DNA from: Anaeromyxobacteraceae bacterium
GTDB taxonomy: Bacteria; Myxococcota; Myxococcia; Myxococcales; Anaeromyxobacteraceae
Length of the DNA: 64,000 bases
Direction of reading: 5' to 3'
Assembly (NCBI GenBank): GCA_047602405.1
Contig: JASGHJ010000001.1
Span: 384,001 to 448,000 of the forward strand
Part shown: positions 40,134 to 50,057 of the stretch, one piece after another
Numbering within the stretch: position 1 is the stretch's first letter
How the letters are laid out: each line of letters starts with the position of its first letter
Notes under the pieces: generated by a model
The model's database searches: none
Told to the model about the DNA's origin: nothing
The model's input: the letters and a program-made list of their open reading frames with translations, nothing else
Position numbers and translations under genes: made by a program

Positions 40134-40826
40134 ATGAAGCCGACGACCCTGCTCCTCGCCCTCTCCCTCACGCTCACCGCCACCGCCGCGCGCGGCGGCG
40201 ACGACGCCGCCCAGTACCGCGTCGTCTTCACCGGCGCCTGGACCGCCGCGAGCCATCCCCTCGAGTACCCGAAGGCGGGCCTCCTCACCGGCCCCCACTT
40301 CTCCGGCCTCATCGGCGCCACGCACGCCAGGGGCTGGGAGCTCTTCATGCCCGGCGCGCTGCCCACGCCGGGCCTCGAGCGGCTCTCCGAGGAGGGGAAG
40401 CACAGCCCGCTCGACGCCGAGATCCGCGCCGCCATCTCCGCCGGCAAGGCGGGCACGCTGTTCGAGACCGGGCCCATCCGCGACATGACGCGCACCGAGA
40501 CGGTCGTGTTCCGGGTCGACGCCGCCCACCCGCTCGTCTCCGCGGTCGCGATGATCGCGCCGTCGCCGGACTGGTTCGCCGGCGCGGCCGACGTCGACCT
40601 CCGCGAGGGCGGACGGTGGGTCGAGGCGCGCGAGGTGGTGCTCTACGCGTACGACGCGGGCTCCGACGACGGCACCACGTACGAGGCGCCGGACCAGGAC
40701 GCGACCCCGAAGCACCCCACCGCGCTCAACGACTCGCCCCACTTCAAGCGCGGCGGTGAGCGCGTCCCCGTCGGGAAGCTCACGTTCACCCGCGTCGGCG
40801 ACGCCGGCGCCGTGGGGTCGCGGTGA
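40134..40826 (+). CDS. Spondin_N domain secreted protein
   Basis: [10 protein letters not shown]...[37 protein letters not shown]. Confidence 0.85.
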   Translation: MKPTTLLLALSLTLTATAARGGDDAAQYRVVFTGAWTAASHPLEYPKAGLLTGPHFSGLIGATHARGWELFMPGALPTPGLERLSEEGKHSPLDAEIRAAISAGKAGTLFETGPIRDMTRTETVVFRVDAAHPLVSAVAMIAPSPDWFAGAADVDLREGGRWVEAREVVLYAYDAGSDDGTTYEAPDQDATPKHPTALNDSPHFKRGGERVPVGKLTFTRVGDAGAVGSR

Positions 40827-41926
40827 CCGCCGGCGGGCGCACCGGAGGCCGCGCGTCCGCGCGCGCCCGCCTGGCCGTGCCCCTCGCCGCCGCGCTCGTC
40901 GCGGCGGCCGGGGCGGGCTGCGCGCTCCGCCCGCCGGTCGCCGGGGCGGGCGAGGCCGTGAACCTCGCGCTGTCGGGCGAGCTCGCGTACGTGGCGCTCG
41001 GCGAGGCCGGGCTCGGCGTGTACGACCTGCGCGCCCGGCGCATGACGACGGTGGTCCCGCCCGACGGCGACGCCGCGAGCGTCGACGACCTCGCGCTCGC
41101 GGACGGGTTCCTCTTCGCGCTCGACGCGCGCGCCCCGGGTCACCTCTCCGCGTACGCGCTCGCAGAGCCGGCGCGGCCGCGCCGGCTGCCGGGGGCGCTC
41201 ACGGTGCCCGTGGAGCCGTTCTCGGGCGTCTCCGCGGACGGCGGGCGGGTGGTCGTCTCGGGTGGCACGAAGGTGCTGACCGTCGCGCGGTACGGCGCGG
41301 ACGGCGCCCTCCACGCGACCGGCGAGGCCGAGCTCGGGCGGGGTCAGCCGGACGTGCTCGTCGCCCCCGGCGGCGCGGTGGCCTACGTCTCGACGCACTT
41401 CTCCCTCCTGCGCGCCACCTACGGCATCACCGCGCTCGCGCTCGACGCCCCGCCTCGCGCGCTCTCCGCCCTCGAGATCGAGGGCGCGGGGTTCGTGCGG
41501 GGCGCCGCCAAGCCCGCGAGCTTCGCGCTCGAGGCCGCGCTCGAGGGGACGACGCTCTTCGTGGCCTCCGGCGCCGGCCTCACGGTCGTGGACGTGTCCG
41601 ACCCGGCGGCGCTCCGGACCCTCGGGACGCTCGCCCTGCCGGTGACGCCGGTCAACGTCGACGTGCGGGATGGCGTCGCGGCGCTGGTGGGCAGCGCACC
41701 CACGCCGGCGCTCGTCCTCGTGGACGTGCGGCGGCCGGCGGAGCCGAGGTTGCTCTCGGTCCGGAGCCTGTCACGGGAGGTGCAGCCCACCGCGGTCGCG
41801 CTGGACGGTGAGCGGATCGTCATCGCCGGTCGCGCAGCGGGCGTGCTGGTGCTCGACCGCGGGGACACGCCCACCTCGCGGGAGACGCCCCACGCGGGCG
41901 GCACGCCGCACGCCTCCCGCCCGTAA
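40823..41926 (+). CDS. LVIVD-repeat beta-propeller lipoprotein
   Basis: [39 protein letters not shown] overlap with the spondin gene. Confidence 0.7.
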   Translation: MTAGGRTGGRASARARLAVPLAAALVAAAGAGCALRPPVAGAGEAVNLALSGELAYVALGEAGLGVYDLRARRMTTVVPPDGDAASVDDLALADGFLFALDARAPGHLSAYALAEPARPRRLPGALTVPVEPFSGVSADGGRVVVSGGTKVLTVARYGADGALHATGEAELGRGQPDVLVAPGGAVAYVSTHFSLLRATYGITALALDAPPRALSALEIEGAGFVRGAAKPASFALEAALEGTTLFVASGAGLTVVDVSDPAALRTLGTLALPVTPVNVDVRDGVAALVGSAPTPALVLVDVRRPAEPRLLSVRSLSREVQPTAVALDGERIVIAGRAAGVLVLDRGDTPTSRETPHAGGTPHASRP

Positions 41927-41950
41927 GACCTCTCACCTGGAGTGATTGCG

Positions 41951-42733
41951 ATGGCCCCCTTGCGAGCCTTCTCCGGCATCCCGGCCGAGCTCCCGCAGGC
42001 CCGCCTGGTGCTGCACCACGCCGTCCAGCCGGTCGCCGCCGTCGGGCAGGGGCTCCTGCCCCGGGCGCACGACGACGCGCAGCAGGCGCTCACGCTCGGG
42101 CCGGCGGGCCGGCTCCTCGGCGCGCCGGTGGCGGGAGGACTCCGCGCGGGGCTCGACGCCGTGACGCTCGAGCTCCTGCTCTGCGACGCGGGCGGCGAAC
42201 CCGTGGCGCGCGCGTCGCTCACGGGGATGACGCTCGCCGGCGCGGTGGCGTTCCTCGCGGGCGCGCTCTCCGAGCGCGGCGTGCGCGGCGCGCCGGTGCT
42301 GCCGGCCCACCCGGCCGACTTCCCCCGCCACGCCATCGGGGCCGGCGCCCGGTTCCCTGCCGTCGATCGCGGCGCGCTCCGCGCGCTGGCGCGGCTCCAC
42401 GAGCTCTCGGCGCCGATCCTCGAGGCGCTGTCGGGCGCCGTCCCGCGCCTGTGGCCCCACCACCTCGATCTCGCCGTGACCACCGCGCGCGGCGGGCCGA
42501 GCTTCACGCTGGGCGTATCGCCGGGCGACGGCGAGGACGGCCTCCCGTACGCCTACGCGACCCCGTGGCCCCATCCCCCGCGGGAGGCGCTCCCGCCGCT
42601 CGCGGGCGGCGGCCGCTGGCGGACGGAGGGCTGGTTCGGCGCCGAGCTCCCCGTGGCGAGCCTGGACGACCCACCCCAGGCGCAGCTCGCCGACTTCTTC
42701 GAGTCGGCCCTCCGGACCTCCGCGAAGGCGTGA
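41951..42733 (+). CDS. Hypothetical protein (possibly DUF5996-like)
   Basis: LWPHHLDLA and GVSPGD...PYAYATPWP motifs; co-oriented in the operon. Confidence 0.6.
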   Translation: MAPLRAFSGIPAELPQARLVLHHAVQPVAAVGQGLLPRAHDDAQQALTLGPAGRLLGAPVAGGLRAGLDAVTLELLLCDAGGEPVARASLTGMTLAGAVAFLAGALSERGVRGAPVLPAHPADFPRHAIGAGARFPAVDRGALRALARLHELSAPILEALSGAVPRLWPHHLDLAVTTARGGPSFTLGVSPGDGEDGLPYAYATPWPHPPREALPPLAGGGRWRTEGWFGAELPVASLDDPPQAQLADFFESALRTSAKA

Positions 42734-42744
42734 AGGAGGACCGC

Positions 42745-43860
42745 ATGGCACGCTGGCACGATCTCGGTTCACTCGCGCGGTACGACCGTCCCGTGACGCC
42801 GGTGACGGTGGGGAAGCTCCGCCTCGCCATCACCCGGCTCGGCGACCGCCTCGGCGCGCTCTCCGCCATGTGCAACCACGCGGGCGGGCCGCTCGGCGAG
42901 GGCCGCTGCGACGGCGAGTACCTCGTGTGCCCCTGGCACGGCTGGAGGTACCACCTGCTCACCGGCAGGGGCGAGCCCGGCTTCGAGGCCGACGCGGTGC
43001 CGAGCCACGCGGTGCGCGTCGTCGACGGGCGGCTCGAGGTGGACCTGGAGCCGGCGTCGCCGCGGACGAAGGGAGACCACCCCCCACACCCGCTGGCCCG
43101 CCCCATCGCGCGGGCGCCCGGCCCGGTGCGCGTGGTCGGCATCTCCACCACGAACATGGACGTGAAGAACCCGCGCTACTCCACCTCCGACGCGCTCCTC
43201 GACGTGGCGACGCGGTTCGCCGGCGCCGAGCTCGGCGCCGAGGTGCGGACGATCCGGCTCGCCGAGCTCCGGTTCCGCCACTGCGAGGGCTACTACTCGA
43301 AGAGCGCCCGCGCCTGCACCTGGCCCTGCTCGATCACGCAGATGGACGCGGACGACCAGCTCGACCGCGTGTACGAGGCGTTCGTGCACTGGGCCGACGT
43401 GTTCCTGGTGGCGACGCCCATCCGCTGGGGTGGACCGAGCTCGCTCTACGTGAAGATGGTGGAGCGGATGAACTGCATCCAGAACCAGATCACCATCGCG
43501 AACCGGGTGCTGCTGCGGAACAAGGTGGCGGCGTTCGTGATCACGGGCGGGCAGGACAACGTCCAGGCGGTCGCGGGCCAGATGATGGCCTTCTTCGGCG
43601 AGCTCGGCTGCCAGTTCCCGCAGTTCCCGTTCGTCGCGCACAGCCGCGGCTGGTCGGCGGAGGACATGGAGCGGAACGTCGACTACGTGAGGCACAGCCG
43701 CGAGCTGCGGCAGGGCGCGGAGATGCTGGCCGCGCGGGCGGTGCACGCGGCGCAGGCGCTGCTCGAGCACGCGGCGGCGCCCCGCGAGGTCGCCCGCGGC
43801 GGGAGGAAGGCGCATCACCTCTCGCTCGACCCGGAAGGCGGCGGCGAGGCGGGGGAGTAG
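42745..43860 (+). CDS. Rieske [2Fe-2S] domain fused to flavodoxin/NAD(P)H-FMN reductase domain
   Basis: CNHAGGPL...CPWHG; ADVFLVATPIRWG; AAGGAGG RBS. Confidence 0.88.
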   Translation: MARWHDLGSLARYDRPVTPVTVGKLRLAITRLGDRLGALSAMCNHAGGPLGEGRCDGEYLVCPWHGWRYHLLTGRGEPGFEADAVPSHAVRVVDGRLEVDLEPASPRTKGDHPPHPLARPIARAPGPVRVVGISTTNMDVKNPRYSTSDALLDVATRFAGAELGAEVRTIRLAELRFRHCEGYYSKSARACTWPCSITQMDADDQLDRVYEAFVHWADVFLVATPIRWGGPSSLYVKMVERMNCIQNQITIANRVLLRNKVAAFVITGGQDNVQAVAGQMMAFFGELGCQFPQFPFVAHSRGWSAEDMERNVDYVRHSRELRQGAEMLAARAVHAAQALLEHAAAPREVARGGRKAHHLSLDPEGGGEAGE

Positions 43861-43929
43861 CGGAGCGGCGGAGCCGGAGGGCGAGGAGGTCGCCGGCGAC
43901 TGCTGGAATACGGACAGCGCCCGCGTCGC

Positions 43930-45789
43930 TCACACCCGCTCGGCGCGCGTCCGGCCGAACTGCCCGTCCTTCCAGACGACGCCGTTCACGCGGAACTCGA
44001 CGGCCTCGGGGAAGATGCCGGTGATGGTGGCGTGGCCGCCGTGGACGACGACGTGGTGGTGGAAGGCGCAGAGCGGCATGCGGTTCCAGGCGTCCTCCGA
44101 GCCGCCGTGGCTGCGGAACTCGATGTGGTGGCCGTGGTCGCTGCGGCGGCTGCAGCCCGGGAAGCAGCAGCGCGGGTACTTCGCGCGCTGCTTCTGGGAC
44201 ACGGTCTTCGGCTCCATCACGTCGCCGCCCCAGACCGCGATGAAGTGGTCCGCGAGCTTCCCGAGGAAGGCGCCGTCCAGGGTGGCGGACTGCGGTCTTT
44301 CGGCCTCCTCCGGGGTCACGGGAAGCGCCAACGACGCCAGGAACGCCTGATGGAGCAGCAGGGCGACCCGGCGGGGGACCCATACGCGGAATCGCTTCGA
44401 CGCAGACATATGCGCGTCGGTCCGCGCCTGGACGGCCTCCTTGAGCTCGACCACCGTCAGGGTCTCGGCCCGCTTCGCGAATTCCAGGATCTGGTCCTGC
44501 GGGACCTCCTTCAGGAGGAGGAGCTTCGAGTAGCTGAGGCCCATCTCCTTCGCGACCTTGAGCTCGGGCTTCTCCCAGAGGTGCTTCTCGAGCGCGGCGC
44601 GGGTCTCGATGGTGCGGGCCGGGACGCCGAGCCGCTCGGTCGCGTAGTGACGGAAGTCGACGAAGCCGGCCTCCTTGTGGAGCCGGGCGCCCTTCACGAC
44701 CGCCGAGCAGAAGCCGATGAGGTCCTCCCAGCTCTTGATCTCCAGGGAGAGGCCGAGCGCCGTGCCGTAGAGGTCGTCGTCGGTGGCAGCGTCGAGCGGG
44801 TCGAGCTCGACGGCCGGGACCGGGACGACGGGATCGAGGAACTCCCAGGAGGAGGTCTCCGACTCGAGCTTCGCCTCCGCGGCGTTCCGCTTCGTCGGGA
44901 CGTCGAGCGGGTGCAACGTTCGATCGAGGGCGAGCTCCGCGCCCTTCACGTCCCACTCGTCCCCCGGGTGCTCGGAGAGGAACTCCTGCCCGAGCGCCTC
45001 GAGCTGGACGAACCGGTGCGGGCTCTCGACGAGCTCGCCGGCGAGGGCGAGGGCCTTGTGGAGCCGCTCGCTGGCCCGATCCGAGACCGGCACGTCGAGG
45101 TGCACCCAGGGCGCCTCGTCCTCCTCCCTCTTCTCCTCCGCCGCGTCGGGCCCCGGCAGCGCCTTCCGCTCCTTCAGCGCCCGCTTCACCTCCTGCTTGA
45201 GCCTGCGGACCGGCAGCTCGGCCGCGCGCTCGACCCAGCGCGCCTCGTCGTCCCCGGGCGTGACCGGCAGCACCGCGAGCGCCGCCGACGGGCTCACCGT
45301 GCCGGCGTGCACCGCGGCCCTGAGGAGCGGCCGCTCCCGCAGCGCCTTCGAGAGCTGGACCTCCACCTGCGCGGCGCGCCGGCGGGTGCCGAGGAGGTTC
45401 TCGGTGAAGTCGCCGAGGCTCGAGAAGCCCAGCCGGGCGAGCCGGTCACCCTCCGTGAACTTGGCGAGCACCGCGGCGCGGCTGACCTGCAGGGCCCGCA
45501 GCATGCGAGCGCCCTGGGCGAGAGCGCGTTCGTACTTCTCGAGGCCGCCGTCGCCGCGCAGCCAGAGCTCGCGCAGCTCGAACAGCGTGAAGGTCGGGAG
45601 ATCCCACCGCGGCGCGCGGAGATCCCAGCGGTCGCCGAGCGGGTCGCGGTGGGTGATGCTGCTCGCGGCCTGCGCGGAGACGGCGTCGTTCGAGGCAGCC
45701 GCCGGGGCGAGCTCCGGAGGTACGAGCTCCGGAGGCACTCCGCCGACGATCTCGCTGGCCGCGCGCGTCCATACCCGCGATCCTGCCAC
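43930..45789 (-). CDS. HNH endonuclease, DUF222-like
   Basis: C-terminal RCCFPGCSRR...HHIEFRSHGG...NRMPLCAFHH; start uncertain. Confidence 0.85.
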   Translation of the reverse strand: MAGSRVWTRAASEIVGGVPPELVPPELAPAAASNDAVSAQAASSITHRDPLGDRWDLRAPRWDLPTFTLFELRELWLRGDGGLEKYERALAQGARMLRALQVSRAAVLAKFTEGDRLARLGFSSLGDFTENLLGTRRRAAQVEVQLSKALRERPLLRAAVHAGTVSPSAALAVLPVTPGDDEARWVERAAELPVRRLKQEVKRALKERKALPGPDAAEEKREEDEAPWVHLDVPVSDRASERLHKALALAGELVESPHRFVQLEALGQEFLSEHPGDEWDVKGAELALDRTLHPLDVPTKRNAAEAKLESETSSWEFLDPVVPVPAVELDPLDAATDDDLYGTALGLSLEIKSWEDLIGFCSAVVKGARLHKEAGFVDFRHYATERLGVPARTIETRAALEKHLWEKPELKVAKEMGLSYSKLLLLKEVPQDQILEFAKRAETLTVVELKEAVQARTDAHMSASKRFRVWVPRRVALLLHQAFLASLALPVTPEEAERPQSATLDGAFLGKLADHFIAVWGGDVMEPKTVSQKQRAKYPRCCFPGCSRRSDHGHHIEFRSHGGSEDAWNRMPLCAFHHHVVVHGGHATITGIFPEAVEFRVNGVVWKDGQFGRTRAERV

Positions 45790-45823
45790 CCCGGTCTGAC
45801 AGTGGAGATCGCAGGATCCGGCT

Positions 45824-46010
45824 GGGGCTCAGGGAGGATCTGAGCCCCCGGGCCCCTGTCCCTCGTCTCCGCCCCCGCTGCGCGGGGGCTACGCTCGGGA
45901 CGGACGGGGGGAGAGGGACGGACGGGCAGCCCTCCCGAGAGCCCTCCGAGGCGCCGCGCCGACGTCTGCGTCGACTCCGAGCGCCGCGCAGACGTCTGCG
46001 CCGTCCGGCC
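45824..46010. repeat. Structured intergenic region: hairpin, REP-like element and short direct repeats
   Basis: GGGGCTCAG..CTGAGCCCC; CCCCCGCTGCGCGGGGGCTACGCTCGGGAC; GCGCCGCGCMGACGTCTGCG twice. Confidence 0.55.
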
Positions 46011-46019
46011 CCACCACCC

Positions 46020-46220
46020 TCACCCCCCCGGCGTCCGGGGCGCGACGTGCTCGGTGTACGCCGGGTTGCGGTGGTTCTGATCCGGGTTGTGGGCGTCCCA
46101 GCACGCGTCCGAGCAGAAGTAGAGCTGGAAGCTCTTCCGGTTGCAGGTCGAGACGGCGCACTTCAGGTACGGCGCGCCGAACGCGATCGGCTTCTTGCAC
46201 ACGCTGCACTTGTTCCACAT
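46020..46220 (-). CDS. Small Cys/His-rich zinc-finger-like protein (66 aa)
   Basis: CSVC...CAVSTC...FCSDACWDAH. Confidence 0.75.
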   Translation of the reverse strand: MWNKCSVCKKPIAFGAPYLKCAVSTCNRKSFQLYFCSDACWDAHNPDQNHRNPAYTEHVAPRTPGG

Positions 46221-46287
46221 GGCCCGCACTCTATCGCGGGCGCGGGGCCCGCGCCGGGCGAGCGGCTCCCGGGTGATGCGCGCCGCC

Positions 46288-47187
46288 CTACAGCGCGCTG
46301 AGCTCGGGGCCCGCGACGCGGACCTCGACCTCGACGTCGCGGCCCGCCACGTCCACCACGGCCGGGGCGCTGACGGTGCGCGCGCCCGAGAGCATCACGA
46401 CCGTCCAGCGGCCGGGCGGGACGGCCTCGACGACCGTGCGGCTCGCGCCGGGGAGCAGGATGGCCTCGCTCGCGAGGACGGCCGGGAGCGCCGCCGGCGC
46501 GCCGGAGGAGGCGGGCACGAGCAGCGCCTGCGCGGAGGCCACGCGGCCGGCGCCGTCGACGGCGCGCACCCGCACCGTCGCGCCCGCGGGGCGCTCGTGC
46601 AGGGCGAGGGCAGTGACGGCCGAGGGGGCCACGTCCACGCCGCGCGCGCCGAGGCGGGCGGCGACCGGTGAGCCGATCCCGGCGAAGACGGCGTAGCGGC
46701 CGGGGCGCAGGGAGACGAGGAGCCAGCGGCCGGCGTCGTCGGTCACGTCCTCCACGAAGTCGTCGCCTTCCGCGGCGACCGCGAACACCGCCACGCCGGC
46801 GAGGGGCTGGCCGGACGCGTCGGCGAGCGTGCCCTGGATCGCACCCGGCTCGGCGGGCGCGCCCAGGGGCGTCGCCTCGACGCTCGCGACCTCGACCGGA
46901 GGCGGCGCGTCCTCGTCCGCCTTCGTGGCGGGGACGGCGGGCGGCGGAGGGACCGGGCGGCGGACGTGCGCGCGCGCCACCGGAGCCGCCGCCGGCGCGG
47001 GCGCCGCCATCACGGCGGCGGGCTCGGCCGAGGGCGCGGGCGCCAGCGGAGCGGCGGCCGGCGTGCGCACGGTCAGGCCGGCCTGCGCGACCGCCTGGGG
47101 AGGCGGCGCGACGCGCGGCGCGAGGGCGATCCAGGCGAACGCGATGCCCGCGGCGACGGCGATGAAGGTGAGTGTGCGCGTGGTCAT
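46288..47187 (-). CDS. Membrane-anchored carboxypeptidase regulatory-like domain protein
   Basis: TM, Pro/Ala linker, IQGTLADASGQPLAGVAV...TDDAGRW...LRPGRY; GGAGG RBS. Confidence 0.75.
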   Translation of the reverse strand: MTTRTLTFIAVAAGIAFAWIALAPRVAPPPQAVAQAGLTVRTPAAAPLAPAPSAEPAAVMAAPAPAAAPVARAHVRRPVPPPPAVPATKADEDAPPPVEVASVEATPLGAPAEPGAIQGTLADASGQPLAGVAVFAVAAEGDDFVEDVTDDAGRWLLVSLRPGRYAVFAGIGSPVAARLGARGVDVAPSAVTALALHERPAGATVRVRAVDGAGRVASAQALLVPASSGAPAALPAVLASEAILLPGASRTVVEAVPPGRWTVVMLSGARTVSAPAVVDVAGRDVEVEVRVAGPELSAL

Positions 47188-47210
47188 GCGGCGCCTCCGC
47201 ACCCACGGTG

Positions 47211-47226
47211 TGCAAGGCGCGAGCCC
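47211..47226 (-). promoter_or_regulatory. Putative sigma54 promoter
   Basis: Minus strand GGGCTCGCGCCTTGCA = GG-N10-GC, about 23 bp before the ATG at 47187. Confidence 0.6.
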
Positions 47227-47311
47227 CACCTCGCGCAGGGGACGCGCGGGGTTACCGCGGGGCCTCGAGCCCTGCCCGCGACCCTGGGTCTGCCCCGGCG
47301 CCCGGTCCGGC

Positions 47312-48094
47312 TCAGCGCGAGCCGGTGGCCCGGCGCCGCGTGAGCGGCTCCGCGCCGGGAACCTTCCAGCCCTCGCCCTGGTACTCCATGAACTCGGCGG
47401 TGCCCGCCGCGACCTCGCGGCCGAGGTAGCGCTCCACGACGCGCAGCGCGAGGTCGATGCCGGCGGAGAGGCCCGCCGACGACGCCACCCGCCCGCTCTC
47501 CACGAAGCGCGCCCCGGCGACGAAGGTGGCCTTCGGGTAGCGCTGGCCGAGCGGCTGGACGAACCAGGCGTGGGTCGTCGCCCGCTGCCCGTCGAGGAGC
47601 CCCGCGCGCGCGAGCACGCTCGCGCCGGTGCAGACCGACATCGTGAGGTCGGCCGCACCCGCGACCTTGCGCAGCCAGGCGAGCTCCGCGTCCGAGGCCC
47701 GGTGGGCCGGGACCACCACGAGGTCGGGGGCCGGCGCGTCCGCGAAGGTGTGGTCCGGGACGACGCCGAGGCCGCCGCTCACCTTCATCGGCGCCCTCGA
47801 CTCGGCCACCGTGTACAGCGTGAAGGGGTGGCGGGCGCCGGGGTCGCCCTCCATCTGCGCCATCGTGCGGATCGGCTTCCCCGCCGCGTCGATCATGACG
47901 TCCTGGAAGACCTCCCACGGCCCGGCGAAGTCGATGAGCGTCGCCCCCTCCGAGACGAGGAACGCGACGCGGATCGGCGCCTCCGCCACCGCGACGAAGC
48001 GGTGGCGGTCGTCGGCCGCGCGGGCGGGCAGCGCCGCGGCCGCCGAGGCGAGGAGGAGGAGCACCGGGAGCGGGCGCAGCGCGGTCGAGGGCAT
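47312..48094 (-). CDS. DJ-1/PfpI family protein with signal peptide
   Basis: IDFAGPWEVF, SVCTGA, AGLLDG..ATTH, SAGLSAGIDLAL. Confidence 0.88.
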   Translation of the reverse strand: MPSTALRPLPVLLLLASAAAALPARAADDRHRFVAVAEAPIRVAFLVSEGATLIDFAGPWEVFQDVMIDAAGKPIRTMAQMEGDPGARHPFTLYTVAESRAPMKVSGGLGVVPDHTFADAPAPDLVVVPAHRASDAELAWLRKVAGAADLTMSVCTGASVLARAGLLDGQRATTHAWFVQPLGQRYPKATFVAGARFVESGRVASSAGLSAGIDLALRVVERYLGREVAAGTAEFMEYQGEGWKVPGAEPLTRRRATGSR

Positions 48095-48145
48095 GCGGTC
48101 CAATACACCGTCGGGCGACGGCGCGGCGAGGGTACATTCGACCGC

Positions 48146-49057
48146 ATGACCTCCTCCCCGAAGGGCGAGCTCGAGCGCGTCCTCACCGGCTCCCTCGTCG
48201 CCTCCGCGGCCTCCGCGGCGGCCGGCCTGGGCTGGGGCGTCGCGAGCGGCTCCGGCGCGGTCCTCTTCGACGGCCTCTTCTCGGCGCTCAGCCTGCTGAC
48301 GCTCTGGGTGGCGCTCCGGGCGACCCGCATGCTCGGGCTCCCCGAGGACGACCGGTTCCAGTTCGGCTTCCGGCACCTCGAGCCGCTCGTGGTCGCGCTC
48401 CGCGCGCTCGCGCTCGTGCTGGTGTGCGTCTCGGCGGTCGCCTCCGCGGTGAACTCCCTCCTCCGCGGCGGGCAGGCGCTGGACCAGCCCTCGGTGCTCG
48501 CGTTCGCGCTGTTCTCGCTCGCGCTCTCGGGCGGGATGGTCGCCTGGGAGCGGCGGGTGCTCGCGCGCGAGCCGTCGGCGACGCTCGCGCTCGACGCGCA
48601 GGAGTGGCTCCTCTCCGCGCTCCTCTCGCTGGGGATCCTCGGGGGCTGGGCGGGGGCACGCGGGCTCGAGGCCGCCGGCCGGGGGCCTGCGGCGCGGCTC
48701 ATCGATCCCTTGCTCGTGCTCGCGGTGGTGGCGACCGTGGTCCGCGTCCCGCTCGCGGCGCTGCCGCGCGCGGTGCGCGACGTGCTGCTCATCGCGCCGG
48801 AGGCGGAGGTGCAGGCGCGCTTCCGCGCCGTGGTGGAGGCGGAGGCGGCCGCCGCGGGGCTGCCGCGCTGGAAGCTCCACCTGGCCCGGCTCGGCGAGGC
48901 GTTCGACGTGGAGCTCAACTTCCTCGTGCCGCCCGAGCACGCGCTGCCCGCCGCCGCGCTCGACGGCCTGCGCGACCGGCTCGCGGCCGGATTCGGGCTG
49001 CCGGCGCACCGGCTGTGGCTGACCGTGACGCTCACGGCGGACACGCGCTGGACCTGA
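48146..49057 (+). CDS. Cation diffusion facilitator family transporter
   Basis: SGSGAVLFDGLFS, DDRFQFGFRHLEP, six hydrophobic segments. Confidence 0.8.
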   Translation: MTSSPKGELERVLTGSLVASAASAAAGLGWGVASGSGAVLFDGLFSALSLLTLWVALRATRMLGLPEDDRFQFGFRHLEPLVVALRALALVLVCVSAVASAVNSLLRGGQALDQPSVLAFALFSLALSGGMVAWERRVLAREPSATLALDAQEWLLSALLSLGILGGWAGARGLEAAGRGPAARLIDPLLVLAVVATVVRVPLAALPRAVRDVLLIAPEAEVQARFRAVVEAEAAAAGLPRWKLHLARLGEAFDVELNFLVPPEHALPAAALDGLRDRLAAGFGLPAHRLWLTVTLTADTRWT

Positions 49058-49154
49058 GGCGGGGCGCCCGCCACGGTGCTCCCCAATTTCCCGGGTCCTC
49101 GCCGGGCCGGGGCACCTTGGCCCACACGGGCGGCGTCGGCAACGTCGAGCGGAC

Positions 49155-49955
49155 ATGGGCGCTCCCCCCGGCGCGGTCGACGTCTGGATCCTCACGCAGG
49201 TGAACGCCTGGCTCGGCCTCTGGCCGCGGCTCGACGCCCTCGTCGAGGTGCTCGTGCAGAACGACCTCGCGAAGGGCGGCCTCCTCGTGGGGGCGCTCTG
49301 GTTCGTGTGGCACGACCCCCGCCCGGACCGCGACCGGCGCCGCGAGCTCGTGCTCGCCACGATCGCGGGCGCGCTCCTCGCGGCGGTGGCGAGCCGGACG
49401 CTGGCCGTCACGCTCGGCTGGCACGCGCGCCCGTACGCGACGGCCGGGCTCGCGCTCCAGCACCCCTTTCCCCTCGAGCTCGACCGCCAGCCGAACGCCT
49501 TCCCGAGCGACCACGCGGCGCTCGCGATGGCGCTCGCGACCGGGCTCGCGTTCGTGTCCCGGCGGCTCGGGGCCGTGGCGGTGGCGCAGGTCGTGCTGCT
49601 CGTCGCCCTGCCGCGCCTGTACCTCGGGCTGCACTGGCCGAGCGACCTCGCCGCGGGGCTCGCGATCGGCGCCGCGGCATCCTGGGTGACCTGCGCCGCG
49701 CCGGTGCGCGCGTGGCTCGCGCGGCCGGTGCTGGCGCGCGCGGAGCGCGCGCCCGGGCTCTTCCACGCGCTGCTCTTCCTCGTCGCGTTCGGGCTCATGA
49801 CGCGCTTCGAGGACGAGCGCGCGCTCGCGGGCTGGGCCGCGGCGGCGGCGGCCGGACACGCCACCGCCGGCCTCGCGGCGGGCGCGGCGCCCCGCCCGGC
49901 GGAGCTCCGGCCGCCCGAGGCCCCGAGCGCGGAGGCGCGGCCCGCGGCGTTCTGA
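49155..49955 (+). CDS. PAP2 family phosphatase
   Basis: RPY, FPSDHA, RLYLGLHWPSD. Confidence 0.85.
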   Translation: MGAPPGAVDVWILTQVNAWLGLWPRLDALVEVLVQNDLAKGGLLVGALWFVWHDPRPDRDRRRELVLATIAGALLAAVASRTLAVTLGWHARPYATAGLALQHPFPLELDRQPNAFPSDHAALAMALATGLAFVSRRLGAVAVAQVVLLVALPRLYLGLHWPSDLAAGLAIGAAASWVTCAAPVRAWLARPVLARAERAPGLFHALLFLVAFGLMTRFEDERALAGWAAAAAAGHATAGLAAGAAPRPAELRPPEAPSAEARPAAF

Positions 49956-50057
49956 GCCCGCCCGGGAGGCGGGCCCGGGACCCGGGCCGCATGACGCATC
50001 GCGCTGCGCCCGCCTGGCACCCCACACGCCGCTGTCGCGGGACGATGCGCCCGGGTT

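Noticed and set aside
45950..46010. Mini CRISPR-like array near the HNH gene
   Set aside because: Only two 20-bp copies about 10 bp apart; no cas genes in the window
47205..47262. Possible c-di-GMP-I riboswitch (GGGACGC...GCGGGGTTACCG)
   Set aside because: Lacks the GGCAAA/GNRA and GCAAAG elements and is antisense to the adjacent gene; a sigma54 element explains the region better
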